Below, in pieces: positions 19,074-28,239 of a stretch of 64,000 bases of DNA. The position numbers and the translations under genes are program-made. This DNA comes from Alphaproteobacteria bacterium (GTDB lineage: Bacteria > Pseudomonadota > Alphaproteobacteria > CADEGL01), in contig JAPLOM010000011.1 of NCBI GenBank assembly GCA_026400755.1, positions 135,501 through 199,500 on the forward strand, in the 5' to 3' direction. How positions within the stretch are numbered: the first letter of the stretch is position 1; every line of letters begins with the position of its first letter. The notes beneath the pieces were generated by a model. That model did no database searches. It was not told the origin of the DNA and worked only from the letters and a program-made list of their open reading frames with translations.

Positions 19074-20236
19074 TCAGGAACCCGGCGGGTTAACCACGAG
19101 CGGCAGGAAGAGGAAATACGTGCCCAGCTGGCGCATTTGCCCCGCATGCCGCTCGGCCTCGGCACCTGGCCCCCAAAATACGTCGCCCCGCAAGGGCCCC
19201 TTGATGGCGCTGCCCGTGTCCTGGGCCACGACCAGGCGGCGCAAAGGCTTGGCCTCGGCCCCGGGCCAGGTGGTGTCGAGCCACAGCGGCGCGCCCATGG
19301 GCATGAACGCGGGATCAATGGCCAGACTGCGGCCGGGGCTCAAGGCGACCCCGCCCGCGCCAATCGGCCCGCCGGTCTCCAGCACGCGAAAAAGATGTAG
19401 CGCGGATTCTCGCGCATCAGCGCGGGCGCCTGCTTTGGGTTCGCGCGCATCCAGTCGCGGATGCTCTGCAGGGAAACCTCTTCGGGCTTGTAGACGCCGA
19501 GCTCGATCAGAATCCGGCCGATGGGAACGTATTTGCGGCCGTTGTCGCCGGCATAGCCCACTTGCATTATTTGGCCGTCGGGCAGTTCGATCCGGCCCGA
19601 GCCCTGGACCTGGAGAAAGAACACATCGATGGCGTCCTCGGCCCACGCGAGCTCCAGCTTCTTGCCGGCCAAGGCGCCCGCTTCGATGGCGGCGCGGTCG
19701 AGATAGGGCCCGCCTTTGGGGTCCCAGTCGGGCGGACGGCGATAGATCGGAACGGTGTAGCGACCGCCTTGCGTCTTCGAGCCGCGCAGGCTTGGTTCGT
19801 AATAGCCGGTGAAAAGCCCTTCCTTGCCGTCCGCGGGCTGGACGCGATAGACGCGGAACTGCTGTTCGAAATAGCCGCGCGCATCATCGTCCTTCGCGAT
19901 TTGCGCCGCCGCGCAGGCCGCGCGCCACTGGCCCGCGTTTCCGCCGACGCCGTTGGCGCCCACGGGACGGTCCGCCGGCTGGGTCGCGAGCTTGGCGCAA
20001 GAACGGCGCAGTGCGACCAGCGCATCGGATTGCTTGTCTGCCTGCCACCCCGGCAGGTCAGCGAAGGAAACGGCGGTGAGCGAAAAGCCCGGGAAAACGA
20101 GCGTTGGCGAAGGCGCGATGAGAGTTGCGGGTGGAGGCGCGGTCGGTTGGGCCACGACCTGCGGCGGCGGAGATGCCTTCTCGGCACAGGCCGCAAGCGC
20201 GATCAGCGCCGCGGCCACCGCCAAACGGCACAACAT
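19074..20236 (-). pseudogene. mltA: membrane-bound lytic murein transglycosylase A, split by a frameshift at an A5/T5 run
   Basis: The N-terminal two thirds (lipoprotein signal LIALAAC, MltA domain) is in ORF 19340-20263. The C-terminal 3D domain (VLETGGPIGAGGVALSPGRSLAIDPAFMPMGAPLWL) is in ORF 19074-19646, one frame away. The two frames join at the homopolymer at 19389-19393, where one extra T on the coding strand restores ...NPRYIFFRVLETGG. Confidence 0.75.
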
Positions 20237-20237
20237 C

Positions 20238-20921
20238 TCAGTTCGGGCTGCGAGTCTCGACAAGTGCCCAGTTGGGATCAGGCGCGCGCGTATCGCGCGA
20301 GAAGGTCCAGATATCCGTTACGTCGGCCGTGTGAGCGGGATCGCCATCAACCGCTTCGCCGGCCTTGTCGTGGGTAACATTCACCTGTTCGGAGACGATC
20401 TTCACCGTGACGTGGGCGACTGTTCCACGCAGTTCGGCTTCATCGATGGTCAGGCTTTTGATGCCGACCAGCGTCGTCTGCAGCGTTTCGCCTTTCTTCA
20501 CACGCGCGTCGATGGCGTCGGCGAAGTTGCGGTAGACCTCGTCGGACAGCAGCGAGCGAAGCTGGTCCTTATTCCCCGCGGCGAAGGCCGCAACGATCAT
20601 CTCGAACGCGGCGCGCGCACCCTTGAGAAATTCATCCGGATCGAAGGAGCGGTCGGCCAATTGGATCTGGGTCAGCCCGGCCTGGGCCGCATCGCCCGCC
20701 GCCATCGGCGGCTCGCCATGGACAGGCCGGCGCGGCAGCTCGATGACCCGGTCGGACGCGGGTTGATCGGGCGCAGGACGGTCGCGCCGCAAGGGATCGG
20801 GCTGTTGCTTCTCCGTTCCGGTTCGGCGGCCCAACACGCTGCGCAAGCGCAGCACAAGGAAAACGGCCACCGCCGCGAAGAAGACGATGTCGAGAAACTG
20901 GATGCTGCCGCCGTCGCCCAT
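20238..20921 (-). CDS. Tim44-like domain protein
   Basis: An internal ATG (MGDGGSIQFLDIVFFAAVAVFLVL) gives an N-terminal TM helix and then a Tim44-like C-terminal domain. It sits immediately upstream of mltA, a conserved alphaproteobacterial neighbourhood. Confidence 0.7.
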   Translation of the reverse strand: MGDGGSIQFLDIVFFAAVAVFLVLRLRSVLGRRTGTEKQQPDPLRRDRPAPDQPASDRVIELPRRPVHGEPPMAAGDAAQAGLTQIQLADRSFDPDEFLKGARAAFEMIVAAFAAGNKDQLRSLLSDEVYRNFADAIDARVKKGETLQTTLVGIKSLTIDEAELRGTVAHVTVKIVSEQVNVTHDKAGEAVDGDPAHTADVTDIWTFSRDTRAPDPNWALVETRSPN

Positions 20922-21086
20922 GTTCTGATCGCCCGGTCTTGGCACGCTCGGCCCCGCCCGTCGGGCAGGCTGGACCGACCCCCATGCTTGGGATAAACCC
21001 AATCGCGGAACCGGCCCCGGCGCGTCACCCCGTTAGATAATGGCTGGTTTGAAAAAGAACAAGGCAAAGCGGCAGCCCACGGCACG

Positions 21087-21638
21087 ATGATCCTGCTTCG
21101 CCACGCACAATCCCTTTTCAACGTCACCTTCTCGGTCACCCGCGTCGATCCGGGAATCGAGGACCCCGCCCTGACCGAATTGGGCCGGGACCAGGCACGC
21201 CAAGCCGCCGAGGCGCTGCGCGATCACCCGGTCAAGCGCATCATCACCAGCCCCTATACCCGCGCCCTCGAGACCACCGCGATCGTCAACGAAACACTGA
21301 ATCTGCCGGTGACCGTGGAGTCGCTGGTTGGCGAGCGCGCCGGCTTCGTCTGCGACATCGGCACCGCGCGCGAGCATCTCGCGCCGCGCTGGCCGCAATT
21401 CGTCCTGGACCACCTACCCAGCCGCTGGTGGCCGGAGCAGGAAACCGAAGCCGACATCGTCGTGCGCTGCCGCCTGTTCCACGAACGCATGCGCGACGAA
21501 CACGACTGGCCTCATGTCCTGGTGATTACGCATTGGGGTTTTATTCGTGGTTTAACCGGCCTGACGGTCGCCAACGCGGAGATCACGAAATTCGATCCCA
21601 CGGGCGAACCGCACCCCGATCCGTTCGGCGGCGTCTGA
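21087..21638 (+). CDS. histidine phosphatase (phosphoglycerate-mutase-like) family protein
   Basis: MILLRHAQS... (RHG-type catalytic motif); 183 aa. Confidence 0.7.
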   Translation: MILLRHAQSLFNVTFSVTRVDPGIEDPALTELGRDQARQAAEALRDHPVKRIITSPYTRALETTAIVNETLNLPVTVESLVGERAGFVCDIGTAREHLAPRWPQFVLDHLPSRWWPEQETEADIVVRCRLFHERMRDEHDWPHVLVITHWGFIRGLTGLTVANAEITKFDPTGEPHPDPFGGV

Positions 21639-21712
21639 CGTCCCACGCGGTTGCCGCATCGTACACCCCGTGTTAGCCATCGCCCCGAACGCATCCGAGA
21701 AAGGCAGATTCA

Positions 21713-22183
21713 ATGGCCGACACCCCGCAAGCCGCACCGGCGACCGCGCAGATGAGTTTTTCCGTGAAGGCGCAGTACGTAAAGGATCTCAGCTTCGAGA
21801 TTCCACACGCGCCCGACATCTTCCGCCGCCTGACGCAATCGCCGGCCGTAACGGTCAACATCGATGTCAACGCGCGGCCTCTGCCCGGCAGTAACGAATA
21901 CGAGGTCGTTCTGTCGATCAACGCGAAAGCGGAGCGAGAGGACGAGGCGATCTTCGTGGTCGAGCTGTCTTATGCCGCCGTGTTCGAGGCCATCAACATC
22001 CCGCAGGAGGCGCTGCAGCCCGCACTTCTCATCGAAGCTCCACGCCTGATCTTCCCCTTCGCGCGGGCCATCGTCGCCGACCTGACGCGCGAGAGCAGCC
22101 TGCCGCCGCTCCTGATCCAGCCCATCGATTTCGTACAGCTCTATCAGCAGAAACTGGGCGCGCAGACCGCGGGGCAGGCTTAA
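21713..22183 (+). CDS. secB: protein-export chaperone SecB
   Basis: 156 aa with the SecB fold signature. Confidence 0.9.
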   Translation: MADTPQAAPATAQMSFSVKAQYVKDLSFEIPHAPDIFRRLTQSPAVTVNIDVNARPLPGSNEYEVVLSINAKAEREDEAIFVVELSYAAVFEAINIPQEALQPALLIEAPRLIFPFARAIVADLTRESSLPPLLIQPIDFVQLYQQKLGAQTAGQA

Positions 22184-22186
22184 GCT

Positions 22187-22858
22187 TTAGGCCAGCCAGA
22201 TCGGGTCCTTGATCTTGGCCAGAAGCGCCTGGTGCGCGGCTTGTTCCTCCGCCGTTGGCGCGTGGGGTCGCGGCGGGCGATGGGTGCGCGAGACGATCTC
22301 TTCCGCCTCGGCCACTAGCTCCGCGCCGGCGAGGCCCAGCGTGGCCTGACGGCCACCGACCAACTCCAGATAGACCTCGGCCAGAAGCTCGGCATCCAAA
22401 AGCGCGCCGTGCTTTGTGCGCTGGGAATTGTCGATGTTGAAGCGCTTACACAACGCATCCAGGCTGGCCGGCGCGCCGGGAAACTTGCGCCGAGCCATCT
22501 CGACCGTGTCGACGGCACGCGCAACGTCCAGAAGCTTGCGATTCACCCGCCTCAACTCGGCGTTCATGAACTTCAGGTCGAATGCCGCGTTGTGAATGAT
22601 CAGGCGCGAATCGCCGATGAACGCCAGGAAATCGTCCACGACCTTCTCGAAAACCGGATGGGTGGCCAGGAATTCCGCGCTGAGTCCGTGAACCGCGAAC
22701 GCGCCTTCCGGCACGTCCCGTTCGGGATTGAGATAGCACTGAAAGCTGCGCCCCGAAGGCAGATGGTTGATCAGCTCGAGACAGCCAATCTCAACCACGC
22801 GGTGGCCCGATTCGGGATCGAGGCCGGTGGTTTCTGTATCGAAGACAATTTCACGCAT
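22187..22858 (-). CDS. dnaQ: DNA polymerase III epsilon subunit (3'-5' exonuclease)
   Basis: MREIVFDTETTGLDP... (Exo I), HNAAFD (Exo II), HGALLDAELLAEVY (Exo III). Confidence 0.9.
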   Translation of the reverse strand: MREIVFDTETTGLDPESGHRVVEIGCLELINHLPSGRSFQCYLNPERDVPEGAFAVHGLSAEFLATHPVFEKVVDDFLAFIGDSRLIIHNAAFDLKFMNAELRRVNRKLLDVARAVDTVEMARRKFPGAPASLDALCKRFNIDNSQRTKHGALLDAELLAEVYLELVGGRQATLGLAGAELVAEAEEIVSRTHRPPRPHAPTAEEQAAHQALLAKIKDPIWLA

Positions 22859-22867
22859 GAGCGGATT

Positions 22868-23509
22868 CTAACGGATGGCGCGGCGCGCGCGAAGCCATTT
22901 GGCCGCGCGGGGGCCGCTTAACAGACGGACGATGGACGCGAGCCCGTCGAACGTCGCGCGTTTGCCAAGACCGCTCGGCACCACGAAGTCCGCGCGGCGG
23001 CGTTTTTCCCGGTCGGGCGTCTGGCGCGCCCGGATCGCAGCCAACCGTTCGCGCGTCATGCCGGATCGGCGCAGCACGCGCGCCTCCTGTACGAAGTCAG
23101 GCGCGCTGATCACGATGCTAGCGTCGTAGCGCCGTTCTCCACCGGTCTCGAACAGAAGCGGAATGTCGAAGGCCAAAAGCCGCGCGCCGCGCGCGGCCAT
23201 GCGGCGATTGAAGCGCTTTTCGGACCCGCGCACCAGCGGATGGACGATTCCTTCCAACCGTTTCAGCGCGGCCGGGTCGCCAAAGACGATTTTCCCGAGC
23301 TTCGTCCGGTCGACGGCGCCACCGACCACCACGCCCGGAAAGGCCTGGCCGACCGGCCTGACCGCGGCCCCTCCCTTTGCGAACAAGGCATGGACCGCCG
23401 CATCGGCGTCGTAGACGGACACGCCCAAGCGACGCAGTTGGGCCGCCGCCGTGGACTTGCCCATTCCGATCGAACCCGTGAGGGCGAGGCGGATGGGACG
23501 GCGCTTCAT
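22868..23509 (-). CDS. coaE: dephospho-CoA kinase
   Basis: An internal ATG (MKRRPIRLALTGSIGMGKST) gives a 213-aa protein with a P-loop. It overlaps the aroE stop by 4 bp. Confidence 0.85.
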   Translation of the reverse strand: MKRRPIRLALTGSIGMGKSTAAAQLRRLGVSVYDADAAVHALFAKGGAAVRPVGQAFPGVVVGGAVDRTKLGKIVFGDPAALKRLEGIVHPLVRGSEKRFNRRMAARGARLLAFDIPLLFETGGERRYDASIVISAPDFVQEARVLRRSGMTRERLAAIRARQTPDREKRRRADFVVPSGLGKRATFDGLASIVRLLSGPRAAKWLRARRAIR

Positions 23510-24354
23510 TTTTTGATATCCGCCGCCAATTCGTCCCACAAGGCGTGCGTCACTTCGGGCTCGACGCCGAACCAAGCATGGAAGCCCGGCCGTCCCTGGT
23601 GCAACAGCATGCCGAGCCCATCGACCGCCATGTGCCCGCGCCGGCGTGCGTCGGCCAGTAGCGGTGTTTCCAGCGGCACATAAACGATGTCGTTGACCAC
23701 GGCGTCCTTGGGCAACGCGTCGAGGGCGAGATCGAGCGGCGGCTGGCCCACCATGCCGAGGCTCGAGGTGTTGACCAGAAGGGCCGCGCCGTCGAGCGCC
23801 TTGCCGCGTGCGTCCCAATCCAAGGCGCGGCAGTTGGGGCCAAGCTGTCCGGCCAGTGTTTCGGCCCGCGCGCGCGTGCGATTGAGGATGCGGATTTCCG
23901 GCACCCCCGCGTCGATCAGCGCGACGCCCACGGCGCGTGCGGCGCCGCCCGCGCCGATCATGACGGCGGCGGCGGCACCCGGCCGCCAGCCGGGTGCGCC
24001 AGCCTTGAGGTTTTCAAGAAAGCCAAAGGCGTCCGTGTTGGAGCCCACCAGCGTTCCATCCGCACGCACGACAATCGTATTCACCGCGCCGATCCGCCGC
24101 GCGACATCGTCGATCTCGGCCAAATGGGGGAGTGCGGTTTCCTTGTGCGGCAGGGTCAGGTTACAGCCGGCGAACCCCAATGCCGGCAGGGCAGCCAGGG
24201 CCTGACCGATCTTTTCGGGACGAACCGCCATGGGCACATAGGCCCCGTCGAGACCGTACCGGCGCAGCCAATGACCGTGCAGCATGGGCGAACGCGAATG
24301 GCCGACCGGCCAGCCCATTACGCCCGCGATCTTTCCTTTGCCCGAGAGTTTCAT
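23506..24354 (-). CDS. aroE: shikimate dehydrogenase
   Basis: MKLSGKGKIAGVMGWPVGHSRSPMLHG... ; 282 aa. Confidence 0.9.
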   Translation of the reverse strand: MKLSGKGKIAGVMGWPVGHSRSPMLHGHWLRRYGLDGAYVPMAVRPEKIGQALAALPALGFAGCNLTLPHKETALPHLAEIDDVARRIGAVNTIVVRADGTLVGSNTDAFGFLENLKAGAPGWRPGAAAAVMIGAGGAARAVGVALIDAGVPEIRILNRTRARAETLAGQLGPNCRALDWDARGKALDGAALLVNTSSLGMVGQPPLDLALDALPKDAVVNDIVYVPLETPLLADARRRGHMAVDGLGMLLHQGRPGFHAWFGVEPEVTHALWDELAADIKK

Positions 24355-24947
24355 GGTTCGACCAGCTTATGTCCGCGCAGGAAATCAAGGAGCGGCAGGA
24401 GCGGCAGTCCAAGGATGGTGAAATAATCTCCTTCGATGCGCGAGAAAAGCTGCGCGCCCAGCCCCTCGAGTTGGTAGGCGCCGACCGACCGGCACGCGGC
24501 ATCGCCGACGCGCGCAAGATATCCGTCCAGGAATGCATCGGTGAAGGGGCGCATATGCAGCGTCGCCACCTCGGTGCGATGCCACAGCCGCGCATCGCCG
24601 CGCGCAACCACCACGGAGGCCGTCAGCCGGTGCGCGCGGCCACGCAAGGCCTGAAGCTGCCGGCGCGCGGCGGCTACGTCCGGTGGCTTGTCGTACATGG
24701 CGCCATCGCAATCCAGCACCTGATCAGCCCCGATCACGAAGGCATCCGGATGGCGCAGCGAAACCTTGCGCGCCTTCAGCTCAGCCAGCGTTTCCGCGAT
24801 GGCGGCCGGCGAGGCATTCTCGCCCTTGAGGCTGTCCTTGACCGCGTCCTCGTCCACGCCTGGCGCTTCGGCGGAAAAGACCACGCCTGCGACCGTGAGC
24901 ATTGTCCGGCGCGATTGGCTGGTAGACGCCAGGATCAGATTGCTCAT
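24351..24947 (-). CDS. maf: Maf-like nucleoside-triphosphate pyrophosphatase
   Basis: MSNLILASTSQSRR... ; 198 aa. Confidence 0.85.
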   Translation of the reverse strand: MSNLILASTSQSRRTMLTVAGVVFSAEAPGVDEDAVKDSLKGENASPAAIAETLAELKARKVSLRHPDAFVIGADQVLDCDGAMYDKPPDVAAARRQLQALRGRAHRLTASVVVARGDARLWHRTEVATLHMRPFTDAFLDGYLARVGDAACRSVGAYQLEGLGAQLFSRIEGDYFTILGLPLLPLLDFLRGHKLVEP

Positions 24948-25762
24948 CCAACCCGCCGCTGGCGTTCATGGTGGAGCTGTATGATGGCGGCCGCCGTCTC
25001 CTCGATCGAGCGGCGCGTCACATCGATGACCGGCCAACCATGCTCGGCACACAAGCGGCGCGCGGCCTCGACTTCGGCTTTCACGGCATCGAAGTCGACA
25101 TACTCCGTCTCGGCGTCGTGATCGATCATGCGCAGCCGGTTGCGCCGGATGGCGACCAGACGCTGCGGATCGTTGGTCAGGCCGACGATCAGGGGACGAT
25201 CGGCCTTCAGAAGCTCTTCAGGTGTTGGGAAGCCTGGCACCAGCGGGATATTGGCGGCCTTGATCCCGCGATTGGCCAGATAGATGCAAGTCGGCGTTTT
25301 CGAAGTGCGCGACACGCCGACCAGAACCACATCGGCCTGATTCAAATCGTGGGTCGATTGACCGTCATCGTGGGTCAGAACGAAGTTCATGGCCTCGATG
25401 CGGTGGAAGTATTCGGAGTCGAGCGCGTGCTGGCGCCCCGGCCGGGCGCCGCCCTGCATGCCGAAATGCATAGCCAGCGTGCGGATCACGGGGTCCAGGA
25501 CAGCGATACACGGAACGTCGAGGCGTTCGCAGGCCGCGCGCAGGCGCGTGCGCAGGTGATCGTTCAGGACGGTGAACATGACGATGCCGGGCTCGGCCTC
25601 GATCGCGCCCAACACCTTGTCGAGCTGGCGTTCGGTGCGCACCATCGACCAGAGATGCTCGATCGTCCGCACCTCCTCGAACTGAACCAGGGCGGCGCGC
25701 GCGACGTTGCCGACCGTCTCGCCGGTCGAGTCGGAAACCAAATGAAGATGGAAGGTTTTCAT
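24944..25762 (-). CDS. DUF299 / pyruvate-phosphate dikinase regulatory protein-like kinase-phosphorylase
   Basis: MKTFHLHLVSDSTGETV...VGVSRTSKTP (P-loop); 272 aa. It is the homologue class of Caulobacter CC0001 / Rickettsia RP001, which flank Cori. Confidence 0.85.
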   Translation of the reverse strand: MKTFHLHLVSDSTGETVGNVARAALVQFEEVRTIEHLWSMVRTERQLDKVLGAIEAEPGIVMFTVLNDHLRTRLRAACERLDVPCIAVLDPVIRTLAMHFGMQGGARPGRQHALDSEYFHRIEAMNFVLTHDDGQSTHDLNQADVVLVGVSRTSKTPTCIYLANRGIKAANIPLVPGFPTPEELLKADRPLIVGLTNDPQRLVAIRRNRLRMIDHDAETEYVDFDAVKAEVEAARRLCAEHGWPVIDVTRRSIEETAAAIIQLHHERQRRVG

Positions 25763-26138
25763 CCCGGCCCCCCTGTTGGCCGTTTCGCGATGTCGGGGAT
25801 AAGTAACCGGTTATCCTCAGGCACCCGCAATCGCCCCCCGCTGGCCCGGATTCGCTCCGAAAGGAATCGGCCTCTGGACAAATACATAGCATGGTCCCGC
25901 AAGACGCGTATAAACTGGCTTGCGGGAAAGTTTTTCACGGAATTCGCGTTCCAAGGCGATGCTAGGTAAGGGTTTGCAGACAGGCTTTCTGGATTCGATA
26001 CCGGTCATCCTGGTTTGAGTCCGATGTTTTAGCTGGCACTGCATTTTCTGTGGGCGAATCCAGGTGGCAGAATAATCACCGTTATCCCAGAGACAACTAC
26101 TGCCACTACCTAAGAATCTTAAATACTCTTTAAGGAAG
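25763..26138. other. probable chromosomal replication origin (Cori/oriC) in the DUF299-hemE divergent gap
   Basis: A 376-bp non-coding gap with the lowest GC in the window. DnaA-box-like 9-mers are at about 25811-25819 (TTATCCTCA, 8/9), 25794-25802 (inverted, 7/9) and 26082-26090 (TTATCCCAG, 7/9). An AT-rich stretch at 26105-26135 holds a TTAA-N7-TTAA motif at 26119-26133. Synteny matches Caulobacter and Rickettsia Cori (hemE / DUF299). Confidence 0.6.
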
Positions 26139-27203
26139 ATGGTGAACGCAAAACCTTCCATACCGGGTCTGGATGAAACGCGCTTTGCGGCCGCATTGGC
26201 TGGCAAGCAAGTAGACCGGCCACCCTTTTGGTTCATGCGCCAGGCTGGGCGCTATCTGCCGGAGTACCGGGAGATCCGCGCCAAGGTTCCGGACTTTCTG
26301 GCGCTCTGCTACACGCCCGAATTGGCGGCGCGGGTGACGCTGCAGCCGATCGAGCGGTTCGGCATGGACGCGGCAATCTTGTTTTCTGACATCCTCGTGG
26401 TGCCGCATGGGCTTGGTGCCGGCGTGCGCTTCGTCGAGGGAGAAGGGCCGCAGCTTGACCCAGTGCGTGGAGCGAAGGATTTGTCGCGCCTGAAGCCCGA
26501 GGCCGTGGCCGCCGTCGTGGCGCCGGTTATGGAGACAGTGCGCCTGGTCCGGCAGCAGCTCGACCCTAAAATTGCGCTGATCGGCTTTGCAGGGGCGCCC
26601 TGGACTGTCGCGACGTACATGGTCGAAGGAGGGTCCAGCCGGGATTTTGCCGCGACCAAGGCATGGGCTTATGGCGATCCGCAGTCGTTCTCGCGGCTGA
26701 TCGACATGCTCGTCGAGGCGACGATTTCCTATCTCGACCACCAGATCGCGGCCGGCGCGGGTGCAGTGCAGTTGTTCGATACCTGGGCAGGGGCGTTGAG
26801 CCCGGATCAGTTCGAACGGTGGGTGATCGATCCGGCACGCCGCATCGTGGATGGAGTCCGCAGGCGACATCCGAGTGTTCCTGTCATCGGATTTCCGCGC
26901 GGCGCAGGGTCCCTCTATCGGCGCTATGTGGAAAAAACGGGCGTGAACTGCGTGGGTATCGACACAGCGGTCGATCCTGCCTGGGCGGCTGAAACACTAC
27001 AGCCGATGGGGACCGTACAAGGCAATCTTGATCCCATGGCGCTGGTCGCGGGCGGTGCGACCATGCGCGCGGAAGCCGAGCGGATTCTGATTGCGCTCGG
27101 CAAGGGTCCGTTCGTCTTCAATCTCGGCCATGGCATTGTGCCGCAGACAGCGCTTGCCCATGTGGCCGAGTTGTCAGCGCTGATCAAGAACTGGCGGGCC
27201 TGA
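26139..27203 (+). CDS. hemE: uroporphyrinogen decarboxylase
   Basis: 354 aa with PFWFMRQAGRYLPEY and the other HemE signatures. AAGGAAG RBS. Confidence 0.95.
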   Translation: MVNAKPSIPGLDETRFAAALAGKQVDRPPFWFMRQAGRYLPEYREIRAKVPDFLALCYTPELAARVTLQPIERFGMDAAILFSDILVVPHGLGAGVRFVEGEGPQLDPVRGAKDLSRLKPEAVAAVVAPVMETVRLVRQQLDPKIALIGFAGAPWTVATYMVEGGSSRDFAATKAWAYGDPQSFSRLIDMLVEATISYLDHQIAAGAGAVQLFDTWAGALSPDQFERWVIDPARRIVDGVRRRHPSVPVIGFPRGAGSLYRRYVEKTGVNCVGIDTAVDPAWAAETLQPMGTVQGNLDPMALVAGGATMRAEAERILIALGKGPFVFNLGHGIVPQTALAHVAELSALIKNWRA

Positions 27204-27204
27204 G

Positions 27205-28239
27205 ATGGTGCGGACGGCCGTTGTCCTCCTCAACCTCGGCGCGCCGGATAAACCGTCTGCCGTGCGGCCGTTCCTCAAGAACATGTTCAGTGATCCAGCG
27301 ATCCTGTCGGTGCCGGGCCCGATGCGCTGGTTCCTGGCAAGGCTGATCTCGGGCCTGCGCGCCCGCAAGGCGATCCCGATCTATGAACAACTGGGCGGTG
27401 GCTCGCCCCTGTTGCCCAACACGGAAGCCCAGGCGGCTTCGCTCGAACGCGTGCTGGGGATGGATTCACGGGTCTTCGTCTCCATGCGCTATTGGCACCC
27501 CATGAGCGCCGCATGCGTGGCGGCTGTGAAACGCTATGCGCCGGATCGCATCGTTCTGTTGCCGCTCTATCCGCAGTTCTCCGGCACCACGACGGGATCG
27601 TCGTTCGCGGATTGGCGGCGGGCGGCGGCGCGGGCTGGCCTCTCTGCGCCTATCCACGCCATCTGCTGTTATCCGCGCCAGGACGGCTGGATCGGTGCCG
27701 TTGCTGATCTGATCCGCGCCGCACTGGCGCAAGTGGGACCGGCGGGCAAGCCGCGCATCCTCTTCTCCGCCCATGGCCTGCCCAAGAAGGTGATCGCCGG
27801 TGGCGACCCCTATCAGTGGCAGGTCGAGCGGACGGTCGACGCGGTGGTGGCTGCGTTGGGCGACGGGCTCGACTGGTCGATTTGCTACCAAAGCCGGGTT
27901 GGTCCGCTCGAATGGATCGGCCCTTCGACCGAGGACGAGATCGACCGCGCCGGCCGCGATGGCGTGCCCATCCTGGTGGTGCCCATCGCCTTCGTGTCCG
28001 AACACTCCGAGACCCTGGTCGAGCTGGACATCGAGTATCGGCATCGCGCCGAGCGCGCCGGCGTGCCGGGTTATATTCGCGTCCCGGCGGTCGCGACCCA
28101 TGCCCGCTTCATCGCCGGGCTGGCGGATCTGGTGGGGGCGGCCGTAACGGCAAATCTGCCGCTCATATCCGCCGAAAACGCGCGGATATGCCCCGTAAAC
28201 CGCACCGGATGCCCCTGTTCGGAGGCAAAACCGTCATGA
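27205..28239 (+). CDS. hemH: ferrochelatase
   Basis: MVRTAVVLLNLGAPD... ; 344 aa; 1-bp spacing after hemE. Confidence 0.9.
   Translation: MVRTAVVLLNLGAPDKPSAVRPFLKNMFSDPAILSVPGPMRWFLARLISGLRARKAIPIYEQLGGGSPLLPNTEAQAASLERVLGMDSRVFVSMRYWHPMSAACVAAVKRYAPDRIVLLPLYPQFSGTTTGSSFADWRRAAARAGLSAPIHAICCYPRQDGWIGAVADLIRAALAQVGPAGKPRILFSAHGLPKKVIAGGDPYQWQVERTVDAVVAALGDGLDWSICYQSRVGPLEWIGPSTEDEIDRAGRDGVPILVVPIAFVSEHSETLVELDIEYRHRAERAGVPGYIRVPAVATHARFIAGLADLVGAAVTANLPLISAENARICPVNRTGCPCSEAKPS

Noticed and set aside
21087-21638. Two histidine-phosphatase paralogues (21087-21638 and 61350-61937) considered as a possible duplicated module.
   Set aside because: Their sequences differ substantially. They sit in unrelated contexts and share only the family RHG motif, so there is no evidence of recent duplication.
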